Source of the DNA: Escherichia phage A221
DNA length: 64,000 nt
Sequence record: ON862890.1
Direction: 5' to 3' (one strand)
Position numbers and translations under genes: made by a program. Below are positions 18,465 to 27,443 of the stretch, in pieces. The first letter of the stretch is position 1. The number at the start of each line of letters is the position of its first letter. Below the pieces are notes generated by a model. It had not been told where the DNA came from and searched no databases. It saw nothing but the letters and a program-made list of their open reading frames with translations.

Positions 18465-19433
18465 TTAGAAGCTATCGCCTTCGGTTTCAAAGCGCCCTTT
18501 ATGCAGAGGCTCCAGTTCGATGAAGGTCATGTCAACCTGCGTGGACACGATACCATCATCTTTGTGAACCGCGTATGAACTGTCCGGCGTCTCGTTGACG
18601 AACATGTTGGAAAGTACACAAGTGGAGATGCGGTGCAGCCACTGGTTACGCTCCCCATTGACCATGAACGTAATGTCGAATGTTGAAGGATGCAAGTAAA
18701 ACGCGCTGGAATTCTTGTTGTACTTGTACTCTGGGTACATATGCATCTTGAACATGCGGATGATCTCACGGACCATCTTGGCTTCCTTCTGAGATCGCGG
18801 CGTGAATTTGAATGTAAATGGAATCTCACGGTTGCGAACACCCTGGAAGATCATCTCCACATATGGGTTGGTCATGGTGCCTGTGAACAACTCAAGGGTG
18901 TCATGGGCGTTAATGCTCGGCAGGAATGGAATAGCCTCCGACGCAGATTGGATAGCCTTGGTGGCAGCGAATCGCCCCATCTCCTTCCCGACGTTGAGCG
19001 CATCACCCAGTTTAAACTGAGTCATGTCTTGGGCGGCGCGGGAAAGGAACTGTGCCCCCATACCAGCCAACCCCAGCTCGCTACCGTTCCAGCCAACACC
19101 ATAGTTGGTTGTAATGGACTCGGGCATACAAAGTACGATAGACTCGTTTGAACGAACGTGACGCGCCCATGCATATTTGGTGATGGAACCAGACTTGGAC
19201 CCATAGACCACAGGAGTATTCCCCAGAGGGTTCTGTATTGGGTTCTCGATAGTCTGAGTAGCCGTGTTGCCATAAGATGAACCGGAGATACGGTTGATGT
19301 TGAATAGGACATAGTGTCCTAAAGTCTTACCCCCAGTGACGTCTAGGGGATAAGACAATTGCTTCTGAGCCTGGGACAATCCCTTCGTGTTCAGAACCTT
19401 GATCTTATCGATTGTCTTCTTGAAGTCGGCCAT
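18465..19433 (-). CDS. putative baseplate/tail-tube-associated protein
   Basis: 322 codons; position and size comparable to T4 gp48/gp54. Confidence 0.35.
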   Translation of the reverse strand: MADFKKTIDKIKVLNTKGLSQAQKQLSYPLDVTGGKTLGHYVLFNINRISGSSYGNTATQTIENPIQNPLGNTPVVYGSKSGSITKYAWARHVRSNESIVLCMPESITTNYGVGWNGSELGLAGMGAQFLSRAAQDMTQFKLGDALNVGKEMGRFAATKAIQSASEAIPFLPSINAHDTLELFTGTMTNPYVEMIFQGVRNREIPFTFKFTPRSQKEAKMVREIIRMFKMHMYPEYKYNKNSSAFYLHPSTFDITFMVNGERNQWLHRISTCVLSNMFVNETPDSSYAVHKDDGIVSTQVDMTFIELEPLHKGRFETEGDSF

Positions 19434-19483
19434 GGTCTCAGCCCTTAAATAGATAGAGTGTTATGGCTATTTAGGACTAGATT

Positions 19484-20098
19484 ATGAGCAACTATCTTCA
19501 GGGGAAGTACACCCCAGTTAATCCCAAGAAGTATCAGGGGAATGTGAATAACATCATCTTCCGCTCTTCGCTGGAGTTGGTGGCTTTCAAGTTCTGTGAT
19601 ATGAACTCCGCGATAGTGAAGTGGTCTAGTGAGGAGACTGTTATCCCTTACATTTCCCCAGTCGACGGGCGCACCCATCGTTACTTCATGGACCTCAAGG
19701 TCTGGACGCGCCGTGAAGGGCAAGAGGAACTACAGGTCACCCTCATTGAGATCAAGCCCAAAGACCAGATCAAGCAGCCGAAGAAGACTCCGAACATGAA
19801 GGAGTCGACATTCAACAATGCGATGCGAACCTGGTTGGTCAACTCTGCCAAGTGGGAGGCCACCCGCGAACTGTGTGCCAAGAAGAACTGGAAGTTCATT
19901 ATATGGACCGAAGAGCATCTTGTTCCGGGTGAAGATCCGGATGTTCGTAAACAGTTTGAGCTGAAGTCGAAAAAGAAACGGGATATGGAGATGCAAGATC
20001 GCCGACATGCCGAACGTGTCAGGGTGCTGAAGGAACAGATGCGGAAGGAGATTAAACCCGCCCCAACGGAGCGGGATGATGGACTGCTCTTACCTTAA
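19484..20098 (+). CDS. head completion protein (T4 gp4-like)
   Basis: HRYFMDLKVWTRREGQEELQVTLIEIKPK resembles T4 gp4 RYFLDYRYCVRQETSSGEELLFIIEVKP. Confidence 0.45.
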   Translation: MSNYLQGKYTPVNPKKYQGNVNNIIFRSSLELVAFKFCDMNSAIVKWSSEETVIPYISPVDGRTHRYFMDLKVWTRREGQEELQVTLIEIKPKDQIKQPKKTPNMKESTFNNAMRTWLVNSAKWEATRELCAKKNWKFIIWTEEHLVPGEDPDVRKQFELKSKKKRDMEMQDRRHAERVRVLKEQMRKEIKPAPTERDDGLLLP

Positions 20099-20307
20099 CT
20101 TCTCTTGTGGCCAGGGGCGTAACAGGTATGCCTGTCGCGCCCAATTTGCCAGCCGTCTGCTCGCGCCTGTTTGACACACTCACCCCAAGTCTCACCAGTG
20201 TATTGTTTGAACCCGCACTTGGGGTGATGCTCTTCCCAAGCCCAACTGCATGCCTTGCAATCTGAGCATTCACAATAAAGATCGATGGTGTAACCTGAAA
20301 TGATCAT
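20095..20307 (-). CDS. small Cys-rich protein
   Basis: CECSDCKAC...HHPKC...C...C pattern. Confidence 0.4.
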   Translation of the reverse strand: MIISGYTIDLYCECSDCKACSWAWEEHHPKCGFKQYTGETWGECVKQARADGWQIGRDRHTCYAPGHKRS

Positions 20308-20309
20308 GA

Positions 20310-20717
20310 TCAGTCTTCTAGGTGATCGTAGATCTTCTGGCGGAACGCATTACCACCAGCACAACCCTTGGCCAGCAGGTGGGTGCCGCCCGTACCGATC
20401 ACGCTGATTGTTGAGAAGCCCAGGATGCGACCTGTGATGGACTGATCAACCTTCACTGTCTCCACCTTACCAATGCGCAACTCATCAGCATCACGACGGA
20501 TGAAACCACGTTTGACGATGACGCGCTTGTTAGTCACAGCGAATTCAGTTGTCAATACATTTAAAATTGTTGGTATCAGAAATAACAAGCTGAATCCAAA
20601 TGTTGGGATAAACGTTAAAATAACCAGAACGTAAATCCAAAAACCGCTCCACCAAGTCGGGCGGGTGAAGGCAATAACGTGCTCGTCTTTGCCGAGCATA
20701 CGATCTACATAACGCAT
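20310..20717 (-). CDS. membrane protein with bacterial PH-like domain
   Basis: Two N-terminal TM helices then VTNKRVIVKRGFIRR beta-rich domain. Confidence 0.4.
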   Translation of the reverse strand: MRYVDRMLGKDEHVIAFTRPTWWSGFWIYVLVILTFIPTFGFSLLFLIPTILNVLTTEFAVTNKRVIVKRGFIRRDADELRIGKVETVKVDQSITGRILGFSTISVIGTGGTHLLAKGCAGGNAFRQKIYDHLED

Positions 20718-20727
20718 GATAAATTCC

Positions 20728-21237
20728 TTATTTGTCAGGGTTCACTAAAACAGGGGTGGATACCAGTTCGCCGCTCTTCACAGAATGCTGGACTACAACA
20801 ATCTGATCGACCATGCGATATACTTCAATCCCAGCAGCCAGCATTTCAATAATGCCGTCTATGATACGATATGGTCGGTCATAGAACACTTTAGCGATCT
20901 TGCCACTGTCGATAATACGACGGGTGCACTCTGGGCATGGACTATGAGTGACAAACATCACCAGGCCACAACAGTCTTCAGTGTGCTGGGGGAGTTTGCT
21001 CAGAGCATTCTCCTCGGCGTGGATAACACCCACCGATACCAGTTGACCGTCTACTTCCTTCTCACAGACATTAGGAGCGCCAGGAGCAGTCCCGTTCCAA
21101 CCGATAGACAGGGGCTGGTCAACACGCGGGTCAACGATAACACAGCCGACCTTCAGGCGCTGGGCATAGCTGGACAGAGCGTATGCATGAGCCGAGCGCA
21201 TATGCGCAAATAACATACGGGGTTTGATAGCCATCAC
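20728..21237 (-). CDS. cd: dCMP deaminase
   Basis: Zinc deaminase motifs HAEENAL and SPCPEC with preceding CVIVD...GWNGTAPG. Confidence 0.75.
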   Translation of the reverse strand: MMAIKPRMLFAHMRSAHAYALSSYAQRLKVGCVIVDPRVDQPLSIGWNGTAPGAPNVCEKEVDGQLVSVGVIHAEENALSKLPQHTEDCCGLVMFVTHSPCPECTRRIIDSGKIAKVFYDRPYRIIDGIIEMLAAGIEVYRMVDQIVVVQHSVKSGELVSTPVLVNPDK

Positions 21238-21548
21238 ATCACCAGTTTCTTTTCAAGGAGGAAGATCATGTCGTCTTGGTCTGCACGACCAAAGATCTGA
21301 CCCATGGCGACCATCTGGTGGACTTCCCTGACAATGATTTCTTTGCCAGGAGTAACTTCATCCAGGTCCATGATAGTGCTGACGCGGTCTACCATGCGCG
21401 GCGGGTGATTAATGTAGCGCTGCAGGTACTTCTCACGAGTGGCGATCAAAGTGTTCAGCTCGGACAGTTCTGTCTCTTCTTCTGAGAAGCGCTTTTCCTT
21501 CGCCTGTAGTTCAGCCAGACGCTCATACATTTCTTTTAATGGGGTCAT
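21234..21548 (-). CDS. hypothetical protein
   Basis: 104 codons, ATGA-coupled. Confidence 0.45.
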   Translation of the reverse strand: MTPLKEMYERLAELQAKEKRFSEEETELSELNTLIATREKYLQRYINHPPRMVDRVSTIMDLDEVTPGKEIIVREVHQMVAMGQIFGRADQDDMIFLLEKKLVM

Positions 21549-21617
21549 TTCCGGTTCCTCTTAATAAACGAAGGGAAGTATATACTCCCCCTTCTTCAAT
21601 AACCGCTGAATCTTTAT

Positions 21618-21956
21618 TCAGAGATAAGATTTACCGAGTTCGGTCAGGCGATAGAACGTCACCTCAGTGTTCGGCCAGTTCACGTAAGAACCGTCATGAA
21701 CCATTGAGCCAGCTGGTTCGATCAACCCCTTGGCGAGCAGGGAAGCCCCTGTGCGGGTGTCCCATGGGTCGCCTTTGACGGAGGTGAAACCACCAGCGTT
21801 CGGGCATACCTGGAACGTCCAGACGGTGTTGCCCTTGTCATTGGTCCAGGATTTGGGATGCAAGTACCATTGACCATAACGGTAATGACCTTTCTCAAAG
21901 TTCTCTATCCCGTAGAGAACCGAGAGTTGGTGTCCTGTGATGCGCGGCTTTTTCAT
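21618..21956 (-). CDS. hypothetical protein
   Basis: Start trimmed to MKKPRITGHQ to abut upstream gene. Confidence 0.4.
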   Translation of the reverse strand: MKKPRITGHQLSVLYGIENFEKGHYRYGQWYLHPKSWTNDKGNTVWTFQVCPNAGGFTSVKGDPWDTRTGASLLAKGLIEPAGSMVHDGSYVNWPNTEVTFYRLTELGKSYL

Positions 21957-22270
21957 GACAATACTCCTTTCAGAGCCAAAACGGAAAGCACACCAATAAT
22001 CAACCATGTCGGGATAATCGGCTTGCAGTTCATGTGGGTTTCTCCACCTTCGATGTTCGGACTTCCTTGTATAAGAACGTGTTTACAGGAAGCTCTGAAC
22101 GTCATTACACAGCCCATCAACACAATCGGCCTGATATAATAACCCGTTTTAGTTTGCTTCACGATACATGGAGAGGAGAAGCGCAGATATGGATCCCCTT
22201 TCCGGTAGCCTGTGATTGTGACCTTCTGCACTTCAGAAGGCACTTTTTGGCCAGGAAAATAAATTTTCAT
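21953..22270 (-). CDS. membrane-anchored hypothetical protein
   Basis: C-terminal TM IIPTWLIIGVLSVLAL. Confidence 0.4.
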   Translation of the reverse strand: MKIYFPGQKVPSEVQKVTITGYRKGDPYLRFSSPCIVKQTKTGYYIRPIVLMGCVMTFRASCKHVLIQGSPNIEGGETHMNCKPIIPTWLIIGVLSVLALKGVLS

Positions 22271-22845
22271 ATTTCAATCCCCAGATTGGTGTATAACAAC
22301 TCAGACAGGGTTACAGGGCGCTTGAATTGTTCCCAACTACAGTTCAGGTATTCACGTTCTTCACGCATTTCACTGTGAAGATGACCATGGATATTATACG
22401 CCCAGCGGTCTAATTGATAAGGAACGTGAGTGGTCAGCACACGACCAACCGGAGTATCACGCTCATACATCGCACCAAAGGAGCTAATCTATCCCTCTTG
22501 ATATAGCTTCATCAACATCTTGAAGCTGTCATGGTTGCCTTGCGCCACCCTGATGATAAAGTTCGGTCGCCAGTCATCGGGAACCGGGCGGCGCTTGAAC
22601 TCATCAATATTCCGCTTGGCACCCTCGCGCATCAGGCGAATGAACCCCTCAGCCCCGATGAAGCAGATGTCGCCTGCAAGTTCAAGGACGTCTCGTGACT
22701 TCAGCCCCTGAAAGATACTGTCGATAACTGCAGCATCATGCGCCTCTTGGGTATCGAACCCACGGGGCTTGAAGATCTTCTTGTGCCCAAGGTGGGTGTC
22801 TCCCAGATACTTCACAATTCCTGCCATTATGGTCTCCTCAACCAT
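22267..22845 (-). pseudogene. calcineurin-like metallophosphoesterase interrupted by in-frame TAG
   Basis: N-part has GDTHLGH, LAGDI, GNHD; C-part has IHGHLH; joined in same frame through amber at 22489-22491 (...KLYQEG*ISSFGAMYERD...). Confidence 0.6.
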
Positions 22846-23168
22846 TCTAAAATCGGTACGTTCACAAACCCTTTATGCCAGCGATGTGGTTTATGGCCTC
22901 TGTTGTGTTCGAGCAAACACGTATCCGGTGGGACACTGAAGTGGATGCCTTCGATGTCGTAGTAATGCCCATCAATCAGAGTATACACATGACCTTCGGT
23001 CTGACTGTAATGGATCTCTGCTTGAGGGTACACGTGCTTCAACAACAGAGCGACCTGGTAACACTTCCCGTTCTTCCCCACGTACTCGACATCCACCTGT
23101 TGTGGAAACACATCTTTGACAAAGTTTATCAATCTCGTGATGTCATTTACAACAACCGAACGTTTCAT
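22827..23168 (-). CDS. hypothetical protein
   Basis: Start set at internal ATG 23168 with GGGAGAGG RBS. Confidence 0.4.
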   Translation of the reverse strand: MKRSVVVNDITRLINFVKDVFPQQVDVEYVGKNGKCYQVALLLKHVYPQAEIHYSQTEGHVYTLIDGHYYDIEGIHFSVPPDTCLLEHNRGHKPHRWHKGFVNVPILEWLRRP

Positions 23169-23221
23169 ATCGCCTCTCCCGAGGATTCGTTGGTGAACCA
23201 ATGATACTCTATACCGGATAT

Positions 23222-23242
23222 AGAAAAGCCCCTCACGGGGCT
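23222..23242 (-). terminator. rho-independent terminator
   Basis: AGCCCC-tcac-GGGGCT with U-run on minus strand; stop codon of upstream gene sits in loop. Confidence 0.45.
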
Positions 23243-23535
23243 TGATCGTCTTCATCAGGGAATATACGCCATCGACCTATTCCATACCACTCACCGATAG
23301 AGTTCCATGTCCTTTCCCCAGGCCAGCCGCCGACCGTGTAGTAATGCGCTACCAGCCGCCAGTAAGGAAGAGAGGCCATGTTCACGCCGCCGTCGGCCTT
23401 TAGGCAGGCCAAGTACCAATTCGTGAGACTGAACGCCTGAAATAACGGATGAAGGAACATGAAGTATAGGTAGCCCAATATGGCTGCGAACACCCCAGCT
23501 GTTACGATCACACCGATGACAGTGAATACAATCAT
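23233..23535 (-). CDS. small membrane protein
   Basis: Two hydrophobic helices in N-terminal half. Confidence 0.4.
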   Translation of the reverse strand: MIVFTVIGVIVTAGVFAAILGYLYFMFLHPLFQAFSLTNWYLACLKADGGVNMASLPYWRLVAHYYTVGGWPGERTWNSIGEWYGIGRWRIFPDEDDQAP

Positions 23536-24164
23536 CCCACAACCTCCAGCCCCATCAGATCTTCCATGGTCTTCTGAATACGCAGCCAGTCAAGCGCAGC
23601 GTCATAACGAGGGTCGTGATAGATCATACCTTCCAGTTCCCATGCCTTGATGCCAGCGTAGCGATCCTGTTGACCAACACCCTTCAGCCAGCTCACGATG
23701 TCGAAGGTGTGGTGGTAATCCCAAGGCTCGTTGGAGTCCTGCTTACATGTCACCTCAATGATGTGCTGAGCCTTGCGCAGATCGAACAAGTTACGGTCAC
23801 ACCAGTCAACCGAGCGCGGGTCTACCCCAAGACGATGACAACCCTTGCGGATTTCATCGGCCAGCTGGAAGATAGAGATGTCCTGCTCAGTCGGGTACAG
23901 ACTGACGGCGCGAGCCGCATCACACGGGTTACGTTTACCCGTCCCCAACCACCATTCTACCGTCCCCTGGTCCTTCACGCGACCGAGTTCGAGCTGCTCT
24001 TTGACATTCAGCTTAATGAACGTCGTGCGCTCCTCAACCAGCTGCTGAAGAGTATAACGCTTGGTCAGGTCGGCGATGGTGTGTGCCCAAGACAGCATGA
24101 CTGCATCATCCCAGCGCCCCAGGGTTTCGCTGTCGGCAACTGCAAGGAAATTAGACTTGTACAT
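23532..24164 (-). CDS. dexA: DnaQ-like 3'-5' exonuclease (T4 DexA-like)
   Basis: NFLAVADSETLG (Exo I DxE) and YHDPRYDAALD (Exo III) align with T4 DexA FIIDFETMG / AHDSIHDCAKD. Confidence 0.6.
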   Translation of the reverse strand: MYKSNFLAVADSETLGRWDDAVMLSWAHTIADLTKRYTLQQLVEERTTFIKLNVKEQLELGRVKDQGTVEWWLGTGKRNPCDAARAVSLYPTEQDISIFQLADEIRKGCHRLGVDPRSVDWCDRNLFDLRKAQHIIEVTCKQDSNEPWDYHHTFDIVSWLKGVGQQDRYAGIKAWELEGMIYHDPRYDAALDWLRIQKTMEDLMGLEVVG

Positions 24165-24764
24165 TTACGCCTCCTCGTCGATGATTTCTTGCTCATCTTC
24201 GACAATCATGATACCTTCTGTGTCCAGATGAGAAAGTTCCATCAGATCATCATCGAATCCGTCTCCTTCCCTGATATAGAAGACTGGGACGACACGACGG
24301 CGGGTCTCTTCATACACGCTTTCAGAGATTCGATTGATATGGCGCACTACACTGTAGAGGTTCAGGCCACCAATGCCACAGCCGATAGCAGGCAGGCCGA
24401 CATAGACAGTTTCGTCTTTAGTTGCTTCCACAATTTCATGCACCTGCTCAAACAGGGTCTGAACAGAACTGATGACTGACGGCATTCGAGCGTTCGGACC
24501 TGGATAAAACTGAGTGTAGAGGTTCGCGCCCCAAACGCCCTTGCTGTGGTCAAATGCATAGGACATACCACCCAGGCGTTGCTCTGGACCACGAGGGTCG
24601 TTCGCATCGACTTCACGCAGGGCTGGGAAGTTGTTACCGATGTGCAGAGCAATGCCCGCGCCCATGGTAGACCAACAGTTGGCACCGTGGGCAAAGATGT
24701 CGATCAGATTGAAGCTACAGGCGGCTTTCAGTAGATCGCCACCATTGATTACATATGTGGTCAT
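24165..24764 (-). CDS. macro-domain protein (ADP-ribose binding/hydrolase-like)
   Basis: VINGGDLL...IFAHGANCWSTMGAGIALHI and LPAIGCGIGGL match macro-domain Gly-rich motifs; start trimmed to ATGA overlap. Confidence 0.65.
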   Translation of the reverse strand: MTTYVINGGDLLKAACSFNLIDIFAHGANCWSTMGAGIALHIGNNFPALREVDANDPRGPEQRLGGMSYAFDHSKGVWGANLYTQFYPGPNARMPSVISSVQTLFEQVHEIVEATKDETVYVGLPAIGCGIGGLNLYSVVRHINRISESVYEETRRRVVPVFYIREGDGFDDDLMELSHLDTEGIMIVEDEQEIIDEEA

Positions 24765-25003
24765 GCGTACTGTCTCCATTCAATAATGCTGTTGTCAACA
24801 CATGACACCTGGATGATGCCTGTGTGGTGGTGATAATCAGTCATCTGCATGATAAAGTTGTTCCCATTGCGGATAATGGTGTTGACAACGATACCCTTGG
24901 CAGCAAGGCGTATTACAATGGCAGTGCAAAGGCGGTCCATGTAACCGGACACAGAACCTGGTTCGAAGCATCGCTCGAACAGATTTTCAAATTCTGGGCT
25001 CAT
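24761..25003 (-). CDS. hypothetical protein
   Basis: 80 codons. Confidence 0.35.
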   Translation of the reverse strand: MSPEFENLFERCFEPGSVSGYMDRLCTAIVIRLAAKGIVVNTIIRNGNNFIMQMTDYHHHTGIIQVSCVDNSIIEWRQYA

Positions 25004-25053
25004 TTGATGTTACCAAACAAGGGGTCGAGGCGGTAATAATACCGCCTTTTTCT

Positions 25054-25464
25054 TCAATAGAGGTCTTCGGAAAAGAGTTCGCGGAAAGGGGTTGTCTTCA
25101 GGCGCACCTGATTGATCTGTCCAGCTTCACGGGCTACGATGCATGCCTCTTCACGAGTGAGGAAGTTGCCCTGGTTGTCGATGAATCCCTGTTCGCGGGT
25201 ATGGGTGGATTTAATGACGCCTGCCTCTTTCAGGATCTTGAGCTGACTGTTCATGAATTTGCTATGGTGACGGTCGGCAACGACGATTACATCACCATAT
25301 TTGTTGGCGGCAGCGACCACACGGCGCTCCCAGGCACCTTCGGCAGGAAGTTCACGAGTGTACAATGGAATCATCGTATCACCGATGTCATCCCCCTTCA
25401 CCTGTGAGAACAACTTGCCTTCAGTTCCCGTTGGGAGTTCACGAAAATATCCCAGTAATTTCAT
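25054..25464 (-). CDS. hypothetical protein
   Basis: 136 codons. Confidence 0.45.
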   Translation of the reverse strand: MKLLGYFRELPTGTEGKLFSQVKGDDIGDTMIPLYTRELPAEGAWERRVVAAANKYGDVIVVADRHHSKFMNSQLKILKEAGVIKSTHTREQGFIDNQGNFLTREEACIVAREAGQINQVRLKTTPFRELFSEDLY

Positions 25465-25467
25465 AAT

Positions 25468-25746
25468 CTATTCAATCCAAATTTCAGGTTCAGAGATGTC
25501 GGCCATATCCACTGTCTGGTTCTTCAGATCATGGAAACAGTCGCCGAGGAATTGTATTTTGCCGTCGGTCAGGAACAGATGGCAAAATAATGCTGGATCG
25601 GTTGCATTCACCAGCAGGCTCGGTGTGAACGTAGGCTCAATAACATTGTTGTTCCACATCCACATCGGACCTTGGGCTTCGCCCTTAATGCGATATAGAT
25701 GAAGTATACCACACCCAGGACAATGAAAATACAAGGAATCATCCAT
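25468..25746 (-). CDS. hypothetical zinc-ribbon protein
   Basis: CPGCG ... CHLF ... C.H. Confidence 0.4.
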   Translation of the reverse strand: MDDSLYFHCPGCGILHLYRIKGEAQGPMWMWNNNVIEPTFTPSLLVNATDPALFCHLFLTDGKIQFLGDCFHDLKNQTVDMADISEPEIWIE

Positions 25747-25781
25747 AGGCAGAAGTTTAGGACTCAGAAGCTATGTTACGA

Positions 25782-26069
25782 TCAACCGTCTACAGTGGCT
25801 TCAGGAACGTAGGGGCGCAGTTCACCAACTAGTTTCGGAAAGAGTGCAATCCCGAACAGGTTGAAAGAACGCATGGTGCCGACCATTGCAACATCTTCCC
25901 CTTCCTCGATATCTTTCAGGGCGCACATTGGGTAATATTCATCGACCTCTGGGTCTTCCGTCTCACCATAGAGACCAAACGCTACCTCTTCTTTGATAAA
26001 GCGAGGAACCAGGAAATCAAATAGGAAAATGATGAATACCATAGGTGCTGCAGAACGGAGATAGAACAT
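25782..26069 (-). CDS. hypothetical membrane protein
   Basis: N-terminal hydrophobic helix. Confidence 0.35.
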   Translation of the reverse strand: MFYLRSAAPMVFIIFLFDFLVPRFIKEEVAFGLYGETEDPEVDEYYPMCALKDIEEGEDVAMVGTMRSFNLFGIALFPKLVGELRPYVPEATVDG

Positions 26070-26110
26070 AGCACAACCCTCCAGGTGAGGAGGGGCGAAC
26101 CCCTCCGATG

Positions 26111-27442
26111 TTATAGGCCAAGAGCCTTTTCAAGGTCATCAAGGTCTTCAGTGTAAAGATCGATGTCCTCTTTCTTACTTAATTCCTTATATTGTGCTTC
26201 AAGGTTCTCAATCTGCTTGAGTAGGCACTCACGGGCGTCCAGAGTAATAGACGACAGAGGCATCTTGAACAACTCGTCAAGATCACCACCAAAGTCCGGG
26301 TAGTCCTGCATGAACAGAGACTTCAGCACGTCAATCTTTTGGCGGAGATCAACACGCGTCGCCCATTCAATGAACACCGCCCGGTCACCCAGCTTGCGGA
26401 TCCTGTCTGCCATGTCCTTCAACAGATACTGGCGACGGTCTTCGTACCGTGACAGGCGATAATTGAAGAACGGCAGCAACATGTCCCGCCAACCAGAATA
26501 ACGATGAATAACACCGTCTTCATCCCACGCTGTCCAAACAGGCTTGGTGGCTGAATACAGCTTGAACATCTGCTCAACCTGCTCGTCACTCAGCTTAGAG
26601 AGTTCGCCGCGCTTAAACACAACCGTGATATCCCAGCCATCTTCGGTCGTGTCGTTGGCGTACTCGGTGAGGATACCTGCCTTGTACAGAGGCAGCAACA
26701 CCTTGGTCTCATAGGTTTTGGCAAACCAGCCCACTGGGACTTCGGTGATATGCAGGGTCGTGGCATTGACCCGACGGAAGATACCACGACTGTATGCTCT
26801 TCCTTCCTCAGTATAGCCTGTCTCTCCTTTGAAGCCGTTCCAGTACGGTTTTAAGTCTTTCGGGTCTTCGCCACGGAGAAGCGCTCTCAGGGCACTGAGC
26901 ACGGACTTAACGCAATGACACGGGGTGTCGGTGGAATATCCGGTGCCGATACCATTGATCCCATTCACCAGGAACATGGGTAGGATGGGCAGAAAGAACT
27001 TCGGCTCCAGCCTTTCTTCACCAAGGTAGTTGTATTCCAAGATACCCTCATCCTCCTTGCGGAAGATCTTACGGATAACGTCAGATACAGCGACGGATAT
27101 GTATCGGGCAGATGAAGCATCACGCCCCATGATAGAACCAAACTGGCCATCGCGGTCAAAGTACGGGATGTTGTTCGTGCCTGGGAACCCCTGAGCCATG
27201 TTCACGATAGTGCCGCTCATGTTCTCACCACCAGACTTGTAGTTGGTCCGGGCGGCGGCGAACATACCAAGGCGGTCAACAATCTCCTCCTTGTTGTACT
27301 CAAGAGCAGCGAAAAGGATCTTGCGCTGGCTTGGCTTGAGGCTGTCAATCAGCTGAGGGATTTGACGGATGCTGTTGACCACAGAAAACTGTTTATGGTC
27401 AGTGTTGACAAAGTCCGTTACAGTAATGCTCTTAGCAACCAT
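26111..27442 (-). CDS. 52: DNA topoisomerase II medium subunit (T4 gp52, GyrA-like)
   Basis: PSQRKILFA and GyrA-like core; start set at ATG 27442 (GAGG RBS) just after gp39 stop rather than overlapping ATG 27523. Confidence 0.8.
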   Translation of the reverse strand: MVAKSITVTDFVNTDHKQFSVVNSIRQIPQLIDSLKPSQRKILFAALEYNKEEIVDRLGMFAAARTNYKSGGENMSGTIVNMAQGFPGTNNIPYFDRDGQFGSIMGRDASSARYISVAVSDVIRKIFRKEDEGILEYNYLGEERLEPKFFLPILPMFLVNGINGIGTGYSTDTPCHCVKSVLSALRALLRGEDPKDLKPYWNGFKGETGYTEEGRAYSRGIFRRVNATTLHITEVPVGWFAKTYETKVLLPLYKAGILTEYANDTTEDGWDITVVFKRGELSKLSDEQVEQMFKLYSATKPVWTAWDEDGVIHRYSGWRDMLLPFFNYRLSRYEDRRQYLLKDMADRIRKLGDRAVFIEWATRVDLRQKIDVLKSLFMQDYPDFGGDLDELFKMPLSSITLDARECLLKQIENLEAQYKELSKKEDIDLYTEDLDDLEKALGL

Positions 27443-27443
27443 C

